Shown here one piece after another: positions 49,552-59,421 of a stretch of 64,000 nt of DNA. The DNA is from Candidatus Bathyarchaeia archaeon. GTDB taxonomy: Bacteria; Patescibacteriota; Microgenomatia; PFEM01; JAFGMK01. The notes under the pieces were generated by a model. That model saw only the letters and a program-made list of their open reading frames with translations. It did not search any database and was not told the origin of the DNA. Position numbers and translations under genes: made by a program. The stretch lies in contig DATKWK010000035.1 in the NCBI GenBank assembly GCA_035529595.1, forward strand, positions 317,904 through 381,903. Direction: 5' to 3'. Position 1 is the stretch's first letter; every line of letters begins with the position of its first letter.

Positions 49552-49863
49552 CTACTGCTTATCCTTCAGGTGATAGGCTTGGCTTAACCACCGAATAAGT
49601 TCTTCATTAATTTCTTCTATTGCCTTTAGATCGATACAGTTCTTAAAGACTTTTGCAGACATGGGCACACAGATTTTTAACCTTGGACTATCTAATTTTT
49701 GATCCAGGGCAAATCTGATTTCCAGCTTATCTTTCTTTGGCAAAGCCGCTAAGAAATCATAGTTACCAAACAAATGGATACAACAGGGAATAGAAATTTT
49801 GTGACAGCTATGAGGCTGTTTTGCTTTTTCAAAAACTCTTCCGCACTTGGAACAGGTCCACAT
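49552..49863 (-). CDS. DUF5655-like protein with N-terminal Zn-knuckle, possibly internally deleted
   Basis: MWTCSKCGR.F...Q.HSC; EINEELIRWLSQAY. Confidence 0.65.
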   Translation of the reverse strand: MWTCSKCGRVFEKAKQPHSCHKISIPCCIHLFGNYDFLAALPKKDKLEIRFALDQKLDSPRLKICVPMSAKVFKNCIDLKAIEEINEELIRWLSQAYHLKDKQ

Positions 49864-49989
49864 ACAGCTATTTTACTTCAAATAATAAAATATTTTTTAT
49901 AGTGCATCTTGAGGGCGCATTACATTAATTAGGTTGAGAAAATCCTTTTCGTGTCACTTACTGGGACAATTCTAGAACCAATTTCTTCA

Positions 49990-50445
49990 TTAGTGAATAC
50001 TTCTCAACCACAAGTTTGCGAAATATATCGTAGCTATTATTGATACCACCGTTACACACTGCCAATAAATCTGGTAAATAAACCAAATCGAATCATTCTT
50101 GAATAATCGATAACCCCTTAATCTTTCTGGGGGATTCCGATTAATTGTCGAGAACTGCTGATTAAACCAATAGCTAGTTTCACCCATACTTCTTACCACC
50201 CAAAAAACAGATAGTATTAAAAGAAATAAGATCCAATCTTTTACTAATAAACAGACGAGAGAAGATAAAAACCAAAAAAGTCCGATAATTACCGCATCAC
50301 CCCAAACAAAGATCCCCAGCCAAGAGAGAAAAGCTGTTTCTCCGAATGAATTTTTCTTTTTAACTGACTCATATAATCCTTTGATAAAAAATATAAAAGA
50401 CAATGCCCCGTAAATCACTATTATTCCCGTTTGTAACATGCTCAC
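49990..50445 (-). CDS. Hypothetical membrane protein
   Basis: About 4 hydrophobic segments. Confidence 0.65.
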   Translation of the reverse strand: MSMLQTGIIVIYGALSFIFFIKGLYESVKKKNSFGETAFLSWLGIFVWGDAVIIGLFWFLSSLVCLLVKDWILFLLILSVFWVVRSMGETSYWFNQQFSTINRNPPERLRGYRLFKNDSIWFIYQIYWQCVTVVSIIATIYFANLWLRSIH

Positions 50446-50569
50446 AAGGTAATTATATCAAAGGTTTGAAAAAATGAATGAGCAGGGTACCTAGATGGAA
50501 TGATTTTAGAATCTGCTCTACTTGACGGACAACGCTCAAATCTATTTTAATTTTTTTACGATACCACCT

Positions 50570-51301
50570 TTAACAACTAATTCCCAATTTCGCGAATGTC
50601 GAGGAAAGTGTCCGTCCCATCAGGTCAAAAAAATCATCGGTCATTTTGTCATCCAGACCGTACTTCCGATACACCCAATCGGCATAGTGATAGTTCATCC
50701 GGTCAACTATTACATAGTCAACCTTTCCCTCAAGGATTTCCGCAAGACCTTCTGCCCCGGGAAGCATCGGTGCGATCATGACATATGTCCTTATCCCAGC
50801 CCGGTGTAATTCATCAAGTGCTCTCACTCTAGCCCTGATTGTAGGAACATCCGGTTCAAATAGTTTCCTGATACTATCATCAGCCGTGGCAATACTAAAA
50901 CCGACTTCAAAATCTTTTCCTTTTTTTAGAATATCGATATCTCGTAGAACTAAAGGAGATTTGGTTTGGATTATGACCGACCAGTTGTTTTGTGCCAGTA
51001 TTTCCAGACATTGGCGCGTAAGTTTATATTTTACCTCTAGCGGCTGGTATGGATCACATACTCCACTGATCCAAACCTTCCCTGGCTTTTTCTTAGTGAT
51101 TTCCAGCCTTAATAGATCGGGGGCATTAACCTTGACATCGACAAATTGACCCCAGGGCTCCCGGTGCCCGGTAAATCTTTTCATAAAACGGGCGTAGCAG
51201 TACGAACAACCATGTTGACAACCCGTATAAGGATTAAGGTCATACTGATAGACCTTCGATACGGATAGAATAGTTTTTGACTGTATTTCTTTTACAATCA
51301 T
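50570..51301 (-). CDS. Radical SAM protein (SplB/Rv2578c-like)
   Basis: NPYTGCQHGCSYCYA, DPYQP, TKS. Confidence 0.9.
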   Translation of the reverse strand: MIVKEIQSKTILSVSKVYQYDLNPYTGCQHGCSYCYARFMKRFTGHREPWGQFVDVKVNAPDLLRLEITKKKPGKVWISGVCDPYQPLEVKYKLTRQCLEILAQNNWSVIIQTKSPLVLRDIDILKKGKDFEVGFSIATADDSIRKLFEPDVPTIRARVRALDELHRAGIRTYVMIAPMLPGAEGLAEILEGKVDYVIVDRMNYHYADWVYRKYGLDDKMTDDFFDLMGRTLSSTFAKLGISC

Positions 51302-51387
51302 GGCTATATTCTACCAGAAAAGATATTACCCAACAGTCTCTTAATTTTTTGGTGGGGAAAAAACTAAAAGAAATTCTTTTGCTAACT

Positions 51388-52290
51388 TTAACGAAACATT
51401 TCAATCGCTAGGACTGTATCTTTCACATCAAGGTAGGCTATCATACAACCACATCGGCTACAGTCAATTGTTACTTTCTTTTGATCGGGGCTTCCCATCT
51501 GGCAAGGATAAAGCTTTTTACCCTCGAAATTTAAATTTAATCGCGTTTTAAATTTAGCACTGCATTTTTTGATCCATTTGCCGGCCTGTCTTGAACTCAT
51601 CTTTTGCAAAATTCTTTCGCTATTCCAGGGCATAAACTTAGGTCTTTTTAATCTAAGAGTTTTTAATTTGTCAATCACTCTGTCTCTCTCGCTGAAGGTG
51701 AGGCACAAAGTGTCATCTTCACCTTTTTGGGGAGTATAAAAGTCATAGATTACACCCGCTACTTCAGTTTCAGACCATTCCTTATAAAAGTCTTCAATGT
51801 TATCTTTGTTTTCTTTGCTAATAGTCATAAGTATGTATATTTTTAAACCCTTGGCGGCCCCATCCAGGATGTTTTTTTTGATTAAATCATACTGTTTGCC
51901 GTTGAAACCATTGCCTCTGATTTTTTCGTGGTATTTTTTGGTTCCGTCAACTGAAACACCAAAGGTGACATCTTTCCAATCCGGCAAAGGAATGGTTCCG
52001 TTTGTAATTATCATGTTTACAGGAAAGTATTTTTTTCCAATTTTAATTAGATCTTGTCTAAGTAATGGCTCGCCTCCCACATAGGCCATTGATATGGTCC
52101 CTTGTTTAATCAAACTTCTGAACACTTTTATCCATTTGTCTTCTGGCAAGTCTTGGCTTTTAGAGTTTTTCCTGAAGCAATGTAGGCAATTCAGGTTGCA
52201 CTTATTAGTTACTTCCATTCCCACGGATTTTATTTTTCCAAAAGACAAGACAGATAACTTAATAATCTTTAAAAAACTTTTTACTCTCAT
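51388..52290 (-). CDS. Radical SAM protein
   Basis: CNLNCLHC, GGEP, TNG, SVDG, C-terminal Cys cluster. Confidence 0.9.
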   Translation of the reverse strand: MRVKSFLKIIKLSVLSFGKIKSVGMEVTNKCNLNCLHCFRKNSKSQDLPEDKWIKVFRSLIKQGTISMAYVGGEPLLRQDLIKIGKKYFPVNMIITNGTIPLPDWKDVTFGVSVDGTKKYHEKIRGNGFNGKQYDLIKKNILDGAAKGLKIYILMTISKENKDNIEDFYKEWSETEVAGVIYDFYTPQKGEDDTLCLTFSERDRVIDKLKTLRLKRPKFMPWNSERILQKMSSRQAGKWIKKCSAKFKTRLNLNFEGKKLYPCQMGSPDQKKVTIDCSRCGCMIAYLDVKDTVLAIEMFR

Positions 52291-52416
52291 ATTTCTAAAA
52301 TATACTAAATTAACTTCAATTGTAATATTAAACTGACTTTTCCAGTGCCGTTTTATTTCTTACCTAGCCTTCGATACTAAATATACCTCAAACCAATCTG
52401 AAGGAAACTCTGATTA

Positions 52417-52450
52417 CCAAGGTGTCAAGGGTGAGACACCTTAAAGGTGT
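52417..52450. repeat. R-type site (near consensus)
   Basis: CCAAGGTGTC-AAGGGTGA-GACACCTT-A-AAGGTGT. Confidence 0.9.
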
Positions 52451-52454
52451 ATTT

Positions 52455-53234
52455 TTAACCAACCCTAAAGCTTTCTAGAAAGTAGTACCACTGAGCAGTT
52501 TCTTGAACATAGGCATCAATCTGCCGCCAATCGGGGCCGATTCCTTTACCTTGGCTTTGATCAACTATCATTCCCATTTGGCTAAATCTTCTTGGATCAG
52601 GAGCAAAAACAGCCTGGCTGATCCCCAATTCATTTTGGTTCCAAGGTTGGGCCGGTAAAATTTTTATCATTAAACAATCAGCAACAAAATCTCTCATCGT
52701 TGACGGCCGGTCATCAATAAAAACCTGCAGATTAAATCGAGTTATCATGCCGAGTTTAAAATCTAAGTCGGTTACCCCCGGAGAGCGAATAATCAGTCTG
52801 TTTTCGTCGACTACCCAATCCAGGCCGAGATTCTTAAACCAGTCTTGAGTTGCCTGGCCAATTCCATATTGGTCGACTCTACCGCTGATAAAGAAAACTT
52901 CATATCCCTGATTTCGCCAGTCGCAAATTACTTCCAGAGCACCCGGGTAAACGACCGCGTTTTGAAAAACATCAGTTCTCTCATAGTAAAGCTGCTTGAG
53001 AAATTCTTTGGCTCCCGGAGTATCGGCAACTAAAGGATGTTTGGCCAGATCCCAATCAAGAGTATCCTCAACCCGAAGATGAACCTCCTCTCCCCTTATT
53101 TGGCTTAGATATTGACTCATAACTGCAAGTGCGTAAGGATGACTATCGGCAAATGTCCCATCCAGGTCAACACCGATTCCTAACCTTCTGATATCCCACT
53201 CCGGAGTCGACCGGCCAGTTCTTTCTATAGCCAT
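52455..53234 (-). CDS. 5'(3')-deoxyribonucleotidase-like HAD
   Basis: IGVDLDGT, ISGR, FIDDR, PWN; likely start MAIER. Confidence 0.8.
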   Translation of the reverse strand: MAIERTGRSTPEWDIRRLGIGVDLDGTFADSHPYALAVMSQYLSQIRGEEVHLRVEDTLDWDLAKHPLVADTPGAKEFLKQLYYERTDVFQNAVVYPGALEVICDWRNQGYEVFFISGRVDQYGIGQATQDWFKNLGLDWVVDENRLIIRSPGVTDLDFKLGMITRFNLQVFIDDRPSTMRDFVADCLMIKILPAQPWNQNELGISQAVFAPDPRRFSQMGMIVDQSQGKGIGPDWRQIDAYVQETAQWYYFLESFRVG

Positions 53235-53331
53235 AAAAATGAAGTGGTATATCTTCCACTTTTTCCCACTGTAAGACGATTTTACCACTTCCTGTAAAAA
53301 GTACCTCTTGAAGCTATTGAGTAACTCCGCA

Positions 53332-53517
53332 TCATTCTCTGTAAAGGTTTTTGAAACGATAATGAGACTCTTCTTCTATTTCTCTTGCCCGAGAAGAAAA
53401 ACTCTCCCCTCTTTTTTCAAGTAAACCATCTACTTCCTGCTGCGTATATAGCTTTTCCGGCCAAACAGTCACGTTCCCCTTTTGATCATTTAATTTAATA
53501 TCCATATTTATTTTCAC
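53332..53517 (-). CDS. Small hypothetical protein
   Basis: 61-aa ORF preceded by AAGGG. Confidence 0.45.
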   Translation of the reverse strand: MKINMDIKLNDQKGNVTVWPEKLYTQQEVDGLLEKRGESFSSRAREIEEESHYRFKNLYRE

Positions 53518-53776
53518 CCCTTTTAATTCTCTGAACGAAACCGAAAACTTTATATCATTCGACTAATAAAGAGCGCAAGCAGCGCGCTACCACAAATTAA
53601 GAAGCTTGTTGTTCACGAGAAAGGACTTGCACCAGTTTAACAATTCTCCAAGCCAAAAAAGCGTACACAATAATTGCTACCGTCATTATTATTTCATCCC
53701 CTTTTGTTTTTTTAAATTATCACAGATTTTTTCTTTATTCTCTGCGTTTGTTAATTTGATAACGTGAGTTTAAGGA

Positions 53777-53956
53777 TCAAGCCACTTTAATATCAGGCTT
53801 CTTAATTATTGTTTCTTTGGGTAAATACTTCATTAAAGCCCTTTCTACTAGAAAGGTTAAGCTGCGTCCCTCAACCACAGCTTGTGCTCTGGCGTGTCTT
53901 AATAGGTCCGGATTAAGAAAAAGAGTTACCCGTTGTTTATTGTTATTTATTGTCAT
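53777..53956 (-). CDS. 59-aa ribbon-helix-helix (CopG-like) protein
   Basis: KQRVTLFLNPDLLRHARAQAVVEGRSLTFLVERALMKYL; below the ORF-track size cutoff. Confidence 0.8.
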   Translation of the reverse strand: MTINNNKQRVTLFLNPDLLRHARAQAVVEGRSLTFLVERALMKYLPKETIIKKPDIKVA

Positions 53957-54108
53957 AGTTCACATGGTACCACTAGTTAAAGTTATTATCAAGTATCAGT
54001 TTGGAGCTAGCCCACGAGGTCTATAAAAAGATTAATTGGAAAACCGAGTCCATATTTATCGAAACCCAAGAGTTGGATTGTAAAGAATGGGGGAGAAATC
54101 AAGCTTTC

Positions 54109-54450
54109 TTATTTTTCTGTCGGAGTAGCTATCTGTTCTGACTGGAGTATAAACTGCGTAGATAGATCTTTCATTTGGGCAAGTTTGTCTCCATAGCCAA
54201 GAGAAGCCGGACTTATACCTTGTCCTCCTAAAACTGACTCTGCCATTACCGTCGAAACTCCATCTAAATAAGCCATAATAGCCGCTTCGCCGTAGCCTCT
54301 GCTCCGCAGGTCCTGTAAAGATCCGACTATGCCCCCAACATATCCGAATTCAGTTGCATCTCTTTTGCCTTGTTCTCTAAGAGTTATACGAGCTTTTTCA
54401 TCTCGTGTAGCCTGTGAAGTAGAATAGTTATCTTCCCCATTTGTTGCCAT
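54109..54450 (-). CDS. Hypothetical protein
   Basis: 113-aa ORF with TATAAT just upstream. Confidence 0.55.
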   Translation of the reverse strand: MATNGEDNYSTSQATRDEKARITLREQGKRDATEFGYVGGIVGSLQDLRSRGYGEAAIMAYLDGVSTVMAESVLGGQGISPASLGYGDKLAQMKDLSTQFILQSEQIATPTEK

Positions 54451-54525
54451 TGGATTGATTATATGGTAATTTGTAATCCATTACAAATTTCTTTTATACG
54501 AGGAAAAAACGTAGATTAGCTCAAA

Positions 54526-54625
54526 TTAAAGACCTTTATTTCTATTGACCACCACCTGGTCCATGTTAATGGAATCCGGTCTTTCCAGCATAAAAACAAT
54601 GATTTTGGCAATTTCTGCCGGCTTC
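54526..54625 (-). pseudogene. SDR oxidoreductase C-terminal remnant
   Basis: KPAEIAKIIVFMLERPDSINMDQVVVNRNKGL*. Confidence 0.5.
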
Positions 54626-54642
54626 CCCAAAAAGGCCAAGCT

Positions 54643-55521
54643 TCAGTCTACCAGTCCTTCAGATTTAAAAATTTCAGGATATACTTGATAAAGCTTGGCA
54701 ATCAGCTCATCAAAATCGCGACAACTCATTATCATCCTGACTACCTGCCGGTTACTCCGGTTCCTGGTTATGTCTTTAACAAATTGGCACATGGAGCTTA
54801 CTAGCTCATCGATCGGATACTCCGTTTTCTTGCCGGTGGCTAAAATTTTCATCAATGAAGGAGAAAAACGGCTGACATCCCGAAAAACCTGTCTCCAAAA
54901 TCCGGGTATCGAATCAACCGTCAATAAATCACCTTCAGGATCAGTCACTTCTCCGATGACTGCGATTAATTCATTCAAAGCCGGGGCATCAGATGTTTTC
55001 CTCTCATATATCAGTGGGTCTGTAGCATGGATTTTTTCATGCCTTTTTATCTGCCTGGGCTCTAAATGACCTCTAATATACTCTGCACAAACGAAAACAA
55101 TTGAAAGCGGCCTCATATCCTCTTCGACATCTAATGCCAGCGTCGTACCTTGAACCAAAGACAGATCAGTCCGACGCAAAAAAGATTGATAATGTCTCTG
55201 CCGGCGAAATTCAAAGACCGGAACTAAAAGACCGCCGTCAGTAATCTGTGAGACCGGCTCGAGGGCAAATTTAGCACCTGCCAGTGATCTTCCAGGAAGA
55301 GCGTATTGTTCACAGAACCGGCTTCTCAACCAACCTTCAAAATTTGGCCGCTGGCTTTCCTGCATCATAAATTCATACCAGCGGCTTGCTCTTGGACTCA
55401 TTTTAACTATTTCTGCGTACGGCGGGGCAATTTCCTGGGGAATTGGTTGCTCGGTTTTCTCTATATCCTCTGCTGCCCCAAAGATTATTCTAGGCCCTAA
55501 CATCTTTATCTCCTTTATCAA
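54643..55521 (-). CDS. Hypothetical protein with HExxH motif
   Basis: RHEKIHA plus LNELIA. Confidence 0.55.
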   Translation of the reverse strand: MIKEIKMLGPRIIFGAAEDIEKTEQPIPQEIAPPYAEIVKMSPRASRWYEFMMQESQRPNFEGWLRSRFCEQYALPGRSLAGAKFALEPVSQITDGGLLVPVFEFRRQRHYQSFLRRTDLSLVQGTTLALDVEEDMRPLSIVFVCAEYIRGHLEPRQIKRHEKIHATDPLIYERKTSDAPALNELIAVIGEVTDPEGDLLTVDSIPGFWRQVFRDVSRFSPSLMKILATGKKTEYPIDELVSSMCQFVKDITRNRSNRQVVRMIMSCRDFDELIAKLYQVYPEIFKSEGLVD

Positions 55522-56368
55522 TTAAATCTAAAATCACCGACTGGATATGGGAACATTCTCCGACTTTCCCGGCATAATCTTTTCTGCCTTTAAACAGATC
55601 GCAATCACAGTAGAAATTATTATTAACCAAACTTAGTCTGACCAAGTGACTGTCATGCTTTCCAATCACCCGATAGATTTCTTCGTTGGCAGTCTCTTTT
55701 TCAAGAGCGATTTTTTTGTTGATCACATAAAAAAGAGCGTTATTAAACAGCTTCCTGATTTGGATAAATTGGTTTTGAGAAAAATATTGCCTGGTAAGTT
55801 GTAAAAACTTATCTCTCTGAGATAAAGATAATCGGTTTATTTGACTGATACTACGATAAATAAGAAGCAGCAGTTCAGGTAATATTTCCCTATTAGTCTC
55901 GTCAACCTCAATCAAAACCGCCCCAGGGTGTTTTTTAAATTCAATTGACCAAGGCTCGGGATCAAAAACAATCGTTGCCAAGATATTACATTCACTATTA
56001 AGAGTTTCACGAATCGCTTGCATAAATAATTTTGAGAACGACTGCATCCGGCCAATTTCATCAATCAAAATCACTGAATCCGGATCCTGAATGCCTCGTT
56101 TAATTTCCGGAACAACAAAATCATCAATCGCCTTAATGTCAACATGATATTTTCCACCGACTATAAATTCGGATTTAATTTTGTATTTATGGGCAAAGAC
56201 TTTTTCTTTTTTGGCCGAGTTTTCCGCTGAAAAACCAACCCGGTTGTTATCCTCATCCCTTAATTCCCTGGCAACTATTCCATAGATTTTTCCGGTAAAA
56301 CCGCCCCTGAATTTTTGAAGGATAGTGCTTTTGCCGATACCCGGCCGGCCGGTAAGTAAAATTTTCAT
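55490..56368 (-). CDS. NTPase_1 (THEP1-like) fused to a SWIM zinc finger
   Basis: TGRPGIGKST, LIDEIGRMQ; CDC...CSH. Confidence 0.85.
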   Translation of the reverse strand: MKILLTGRPGIGKSTILQKFRGGFTGKIYGIVARELRDEDNNRVGFSAENSAKKEKVFAHKYKIKSEFIVGGKYHVDIKAIDDFVVPEIKRGIQDPDSVILIDEIGRMQSFSKLFMQAIRETLNSECNILATIVFDPEPWSIEFKKHPGAVLIEVDETNREILPELLLLIYRSISQINRLSLSQRDKFLQLTRQYFSQNQFIQIRKLFNNALFYVINKKIALEKETANEEIYRVIGKHDSHLVRLSLVNNNFYCDCDLFKGRKDYAGKVGECSHIQSVILDLIDKGDKDVRA

Positions 56369-56416
56369 AATAGGCTGTTGATTGAAGTATGGAAACAGTG
56401 TACAAAAAACTACCGA

Positions 56417-57721
56417 TTAAATCAAACCAACTACCGCCGCTACCTGATAGATTAGATCGTAAACTAAAGCGGAATATTCTGGAGCGTCTACGTCTCCCAG
56501 CATTCCCCCAAGGCCACACTGAGGACTAACCATTAGGCCTCTCATAACTTCTTCAAGAGTCATTCTGGAATCAGGTGGCAGTTTTTCGTTGGTTAAAATT
56601 TTGATAACCTTTTCGACTCTTGCAGCACAAGCTTGAACGAAAGCAGTTCTTAACTCATTATCTTTAAATAAAGTTTTTATTTGGCCATCTCCGCCTATCT
56701 GCTTGATTAGTTCTCTCGTATCGTCAGGATTAGTCGGAACAACTCCAGTCACCAATCTTCCGCCTCTTAAAATGAATGCCTTAAGCGCTGGCTCATTTCC
56801 GGCTGCCAGTTCGGCATTTTTATAAACATCCCAATTCAAAAGGTCAACATATTCCAGAAATTCAGGTACAATAACGTCGCAGACATGAATCATCCGCGAA
56901 TAAGGAAGATAATCGGGATTTGCCCAAAGTAACTCATAAGTATCCAAAGCTGTCCTTAATCTTGGTCCACCCCGTTCTTGGTCTAAATATTTAAAGCAAG
57001 GTTCATCAAAGGAGCAGACAACATTGCAGCCGTATTTCTCAAGAGCTTTAGCCCAAAGTATGGAACGGGCTAAAATTAATAGTGAATGAGTAGCCAAAGC
57101 TTCGTAGCTTCTGACGATTAATTTATCTTCGAATTCGCCCGATTCGTTTTGGACTTTAGAATAGTAAGCAGTATTAATCGGACCGGCTATCTGAATCTTA
57201 ACCGTCCTATTTGTTAAATCAATCCTACCTTGTTCAGCCGCTTCGATTATTATTTGTATCCCTACTGGTAATTCGGCCATTCCAGGACATAAACTGACTA
57301 AAGTGCTTAAGGCTTCATCTCGCATCCTAATACCTTCACTAGGATTACGGGCATATCCACCACCGGCTAGACTAATGCAAGCAGCGTGGATCTGATCGAA
57401 TAATTCTCTTTTTGAATCTGGCACAATGAAGTCGCCTAACCTTGCGCCATCATCCAGGGTAACTTGAAGATCATAACAAGGATCAGCAGGGCTTTCAGAA
57501 TGAAAAGATACAAACGGTAAACCAGCCATTGCTTCAGAATTCATATAATATCGAGGTCCAAGTTGAGGCAGTTGAGGTGCAACGATCATTTGCCCTTTTT
57601 CCATCTGCTTATGGACTGACAGATCAAAGGCTACCCCAAGAATTTCTCCTTGCGTCCCTGGAGGGACAAACAGACTACCAATAAAAGTAACTTTATCTCG
57701 CGCTTCAATACGAGGAGTCAT
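56417..57721 (-). CDS. Cobalamin-independent methionine synthase-like (URO-D/CIMS fold) protein
   Basis: IGS, PQLP, K.QIAGP, FDEP, HVC, GVVPT, VSPQCGLG. Confidence 0.7.
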   Translation of the reverse strand: MTPRIEARDKVTFIGSLFVPPGTQGEILGVAFDLSVHKQMEKGQMIVAPQLPQLGPRYYMNSEAMAGLPFVSFHSESPADPCYDLQVTLDDGARLGDFIVPDSKRELFDQIHAACISLAGGGYARNPSEGIRMRDEALSTLVSLCPGMAELPVGIQIIIEAAEQGRIDLTNRTVKIQIAGPINTAYYSKVQNESGEFEDKLIVRSYEALATHSLLILARSILWAKALEKYGCNVVCSFDEPCFKYLDQERGGPRLRTALDTYELLWANPDYLPYSRMIHVCDVIVPEFLEYVDLLNWDVYKNAELAAGNEPALKAFILRGGRLVTGVVPTNPDDTRELIKQIGGDGQIKTLFKDNELRTAFVQACAARVEKVIKILTNEKLPPDSRMTLEEVMRGLMVSPQCGLGGMLGDVDAPEYSALVYDLIYQVAAVVGLI

Positions 57722-57856
57722 AAAAACTCAAAAAAACTTAACAAGAATATTATAAGATATTTGTCAAGAAGATATCGGGTAAGTAGAAAATATAAAAAGA
57801 CTACCGGTAAACATGACAAAGATAAAGCACCTGAGAAGTGAAATTACTGCCAACAA

Positions 57857-58499
57857 TTAATCTTTAAAAGCTGGTAAGCTAGATTTCTTTTTAAATTTAA
57901 TCTCATAATACTTTTCCCTTTCAGCTAACAATCTTTCGGCTTCTTTTTTTGAAAAACTGTTGATAAACCTTGGCAACTTTACTTTTCTTATTCCTTGAAG
58001 CCATTTTTTATTCGAATCGTAATCAAAAGTCGGCCTGATTAAGCTAATATCTGTTCCTCCCAGAACATCAGCTTCCATTAAAACCAGCTCATCAACATCT
58101 TTCAATGCTTCGAATTCGTCATGTATATAAACTAAATGAATCGCCCTCTTTTTTTTGTTCCCTAGTTAAGAAATTGAAAAATTTATTTCTTAATAACCCT
58201 GCTAGTTTTTTGGCTCCAATCTCTCGATGGTCGTTTTTAGCATCATTAACCTCTTTAAGTTGAACCGGCATTCCGTCTTGGAAAAGACCGGCATAACCCC
58301 AATCATGGCTATAGGCAGCAATAATTAAAACTATCTTATCGAGTTTCAAAGCCGGAGAGTTTTTTAAAATTTCTTTTAATTTTTTAACCACAGCTACAGT
58401 ATGCGGTTTATCAAAATCAGGCCGGCCTTTTTCAAGTTCAGGAAAAATCTTCTTTTGTAAATAGTCTTCTAATTGACTTAATTTCATTTTAACAATCAA
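57857..58499 (-). pseudogene. HD-domain protein split by a 1-nt frameshift in an A8 run
   Basis: PHT, SHDWGY; removing one A at 58149-58156 joins RAIHLVYIHD...MEAD. Confidence 0.8.
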
Positions 58500-58617
58500 C
58501 CTTGATAGCCTAATTAACTTTTCTAACTAAGGTATATTTCTTTTTTCCGTCAAAGATCTTCTCAAATCAAAAAGCAGATCATGTCGAATAATTCTTCTAT
58601 TAGACTTATGGATAAAC

Positions 58618-59421
58618 TTAGTCTTTAAGGCTAAATCCCTTACTTTTTAAGAACTTGACTATCAGTTTATGTGTTGCCCGTTCATTGGCAGCAATAATTC
58701 CACGCTCTCGATGCTTAAAACTTTTGGTATGATAAAAATTACTGCAGTAACCCCCTGCTTCTTGAAGAATCAGCGCTCCGGCCGAATGGTCTTCGACGTA
58801 GGTAATGTTACAAACCAGTGCATGTATTCTTCCCTCAGCGATCCGGCATAAGCCTAAGGCAGGTGCAAACTGGGGAACCACCCTTCTGGCAAACATTTCC
58901 GGAAGAAAGAAATGTTTAAGATATGAAAGACCTTCTTTCCTTTCTTCTTTCTTGTTTCCCCAGTCCACCACCACAAACATTTCCTTTAGAGGAATATTCT
59001 TAACCGGTTTAATCGGCTTGCTGTTTCTCGTGGCGCCCCGGTTTTTCTCAGCATAGAAAAACTCTTTCATTACCGGGTCGTAGACTGCCCCGACAACAAT
59101 TTGTCCCTTATCTTCTAGCGCAACTGAGATTGAAAAACCAGAATTTCCCCAAACCCAAGGTGTAGTCCCGTCTAACGGATCTACAATCCATCTTGTCCGG
59201 CATTGACTTTTATCTTTAGTTCCTTCTTCAGAGAAAATCGGAATTTCAGGGTACTTTTTTGATAGTTGTTCAGTAATGTATTCATTGGCGGCAATATCCG
59301 CCGGCGTGACAATTTCGTTTTTTTTCTTTTCTTCTGTTTTTCCGATTTTAGCCCGATAAGAAAGTATTAGCCTACCAGTTTGGCAAAGAACCGAATGTAA
59401 GGTTAGTTTATAATCTTTCAT
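58618..59421 (-). CDS. Inositol monophosphatase family protein
   Basis: VTPAD, SEE, WIVDPLDGT, D.SAG.LI..EAGG. Confidence 0.9.
   Translation of the reverse strand: MKDYKLTLHSVLCQTGRLILSYRAKIGKTEEKKKNEIVTPADIAANEYITEQLSKKYPEIPIFSEEGTKDKSQCRTRWIVDPLDGTTPWVWGNSGFSISVALEDKGQIVVGAVYDPVMKEFFYAEKNRGATRNSKPIKPVKNIPLKEMFVVVDWGNKKEERKEGLSYLKHFFLPEMFARRVVPQFAPALGLCRIAEGRIHALVCNITYVEDHSAGALILQEAGGYCSNFYHTKSFKHRERGIIAANERATHKLIVKFLKSKGFSLKD

Noticed and set aside
53817-54026. 69-aa plus-strand ORF from the track
   Set aside because: Antisense to a convincing RHH gene at 53777-53956
25031-57840. Repeats as a CRISPR array
   Set aside because: Spacing is irregular (tens of bp to several kb), intervals contain whole genes, two orientations occur, and there is no cas operon
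25031-57840. Repeats as classical integron attC sites
   Set aside because: No consistent RYYYAAC...GTTRRRY ends, two inverted site types, and no IntI in the window
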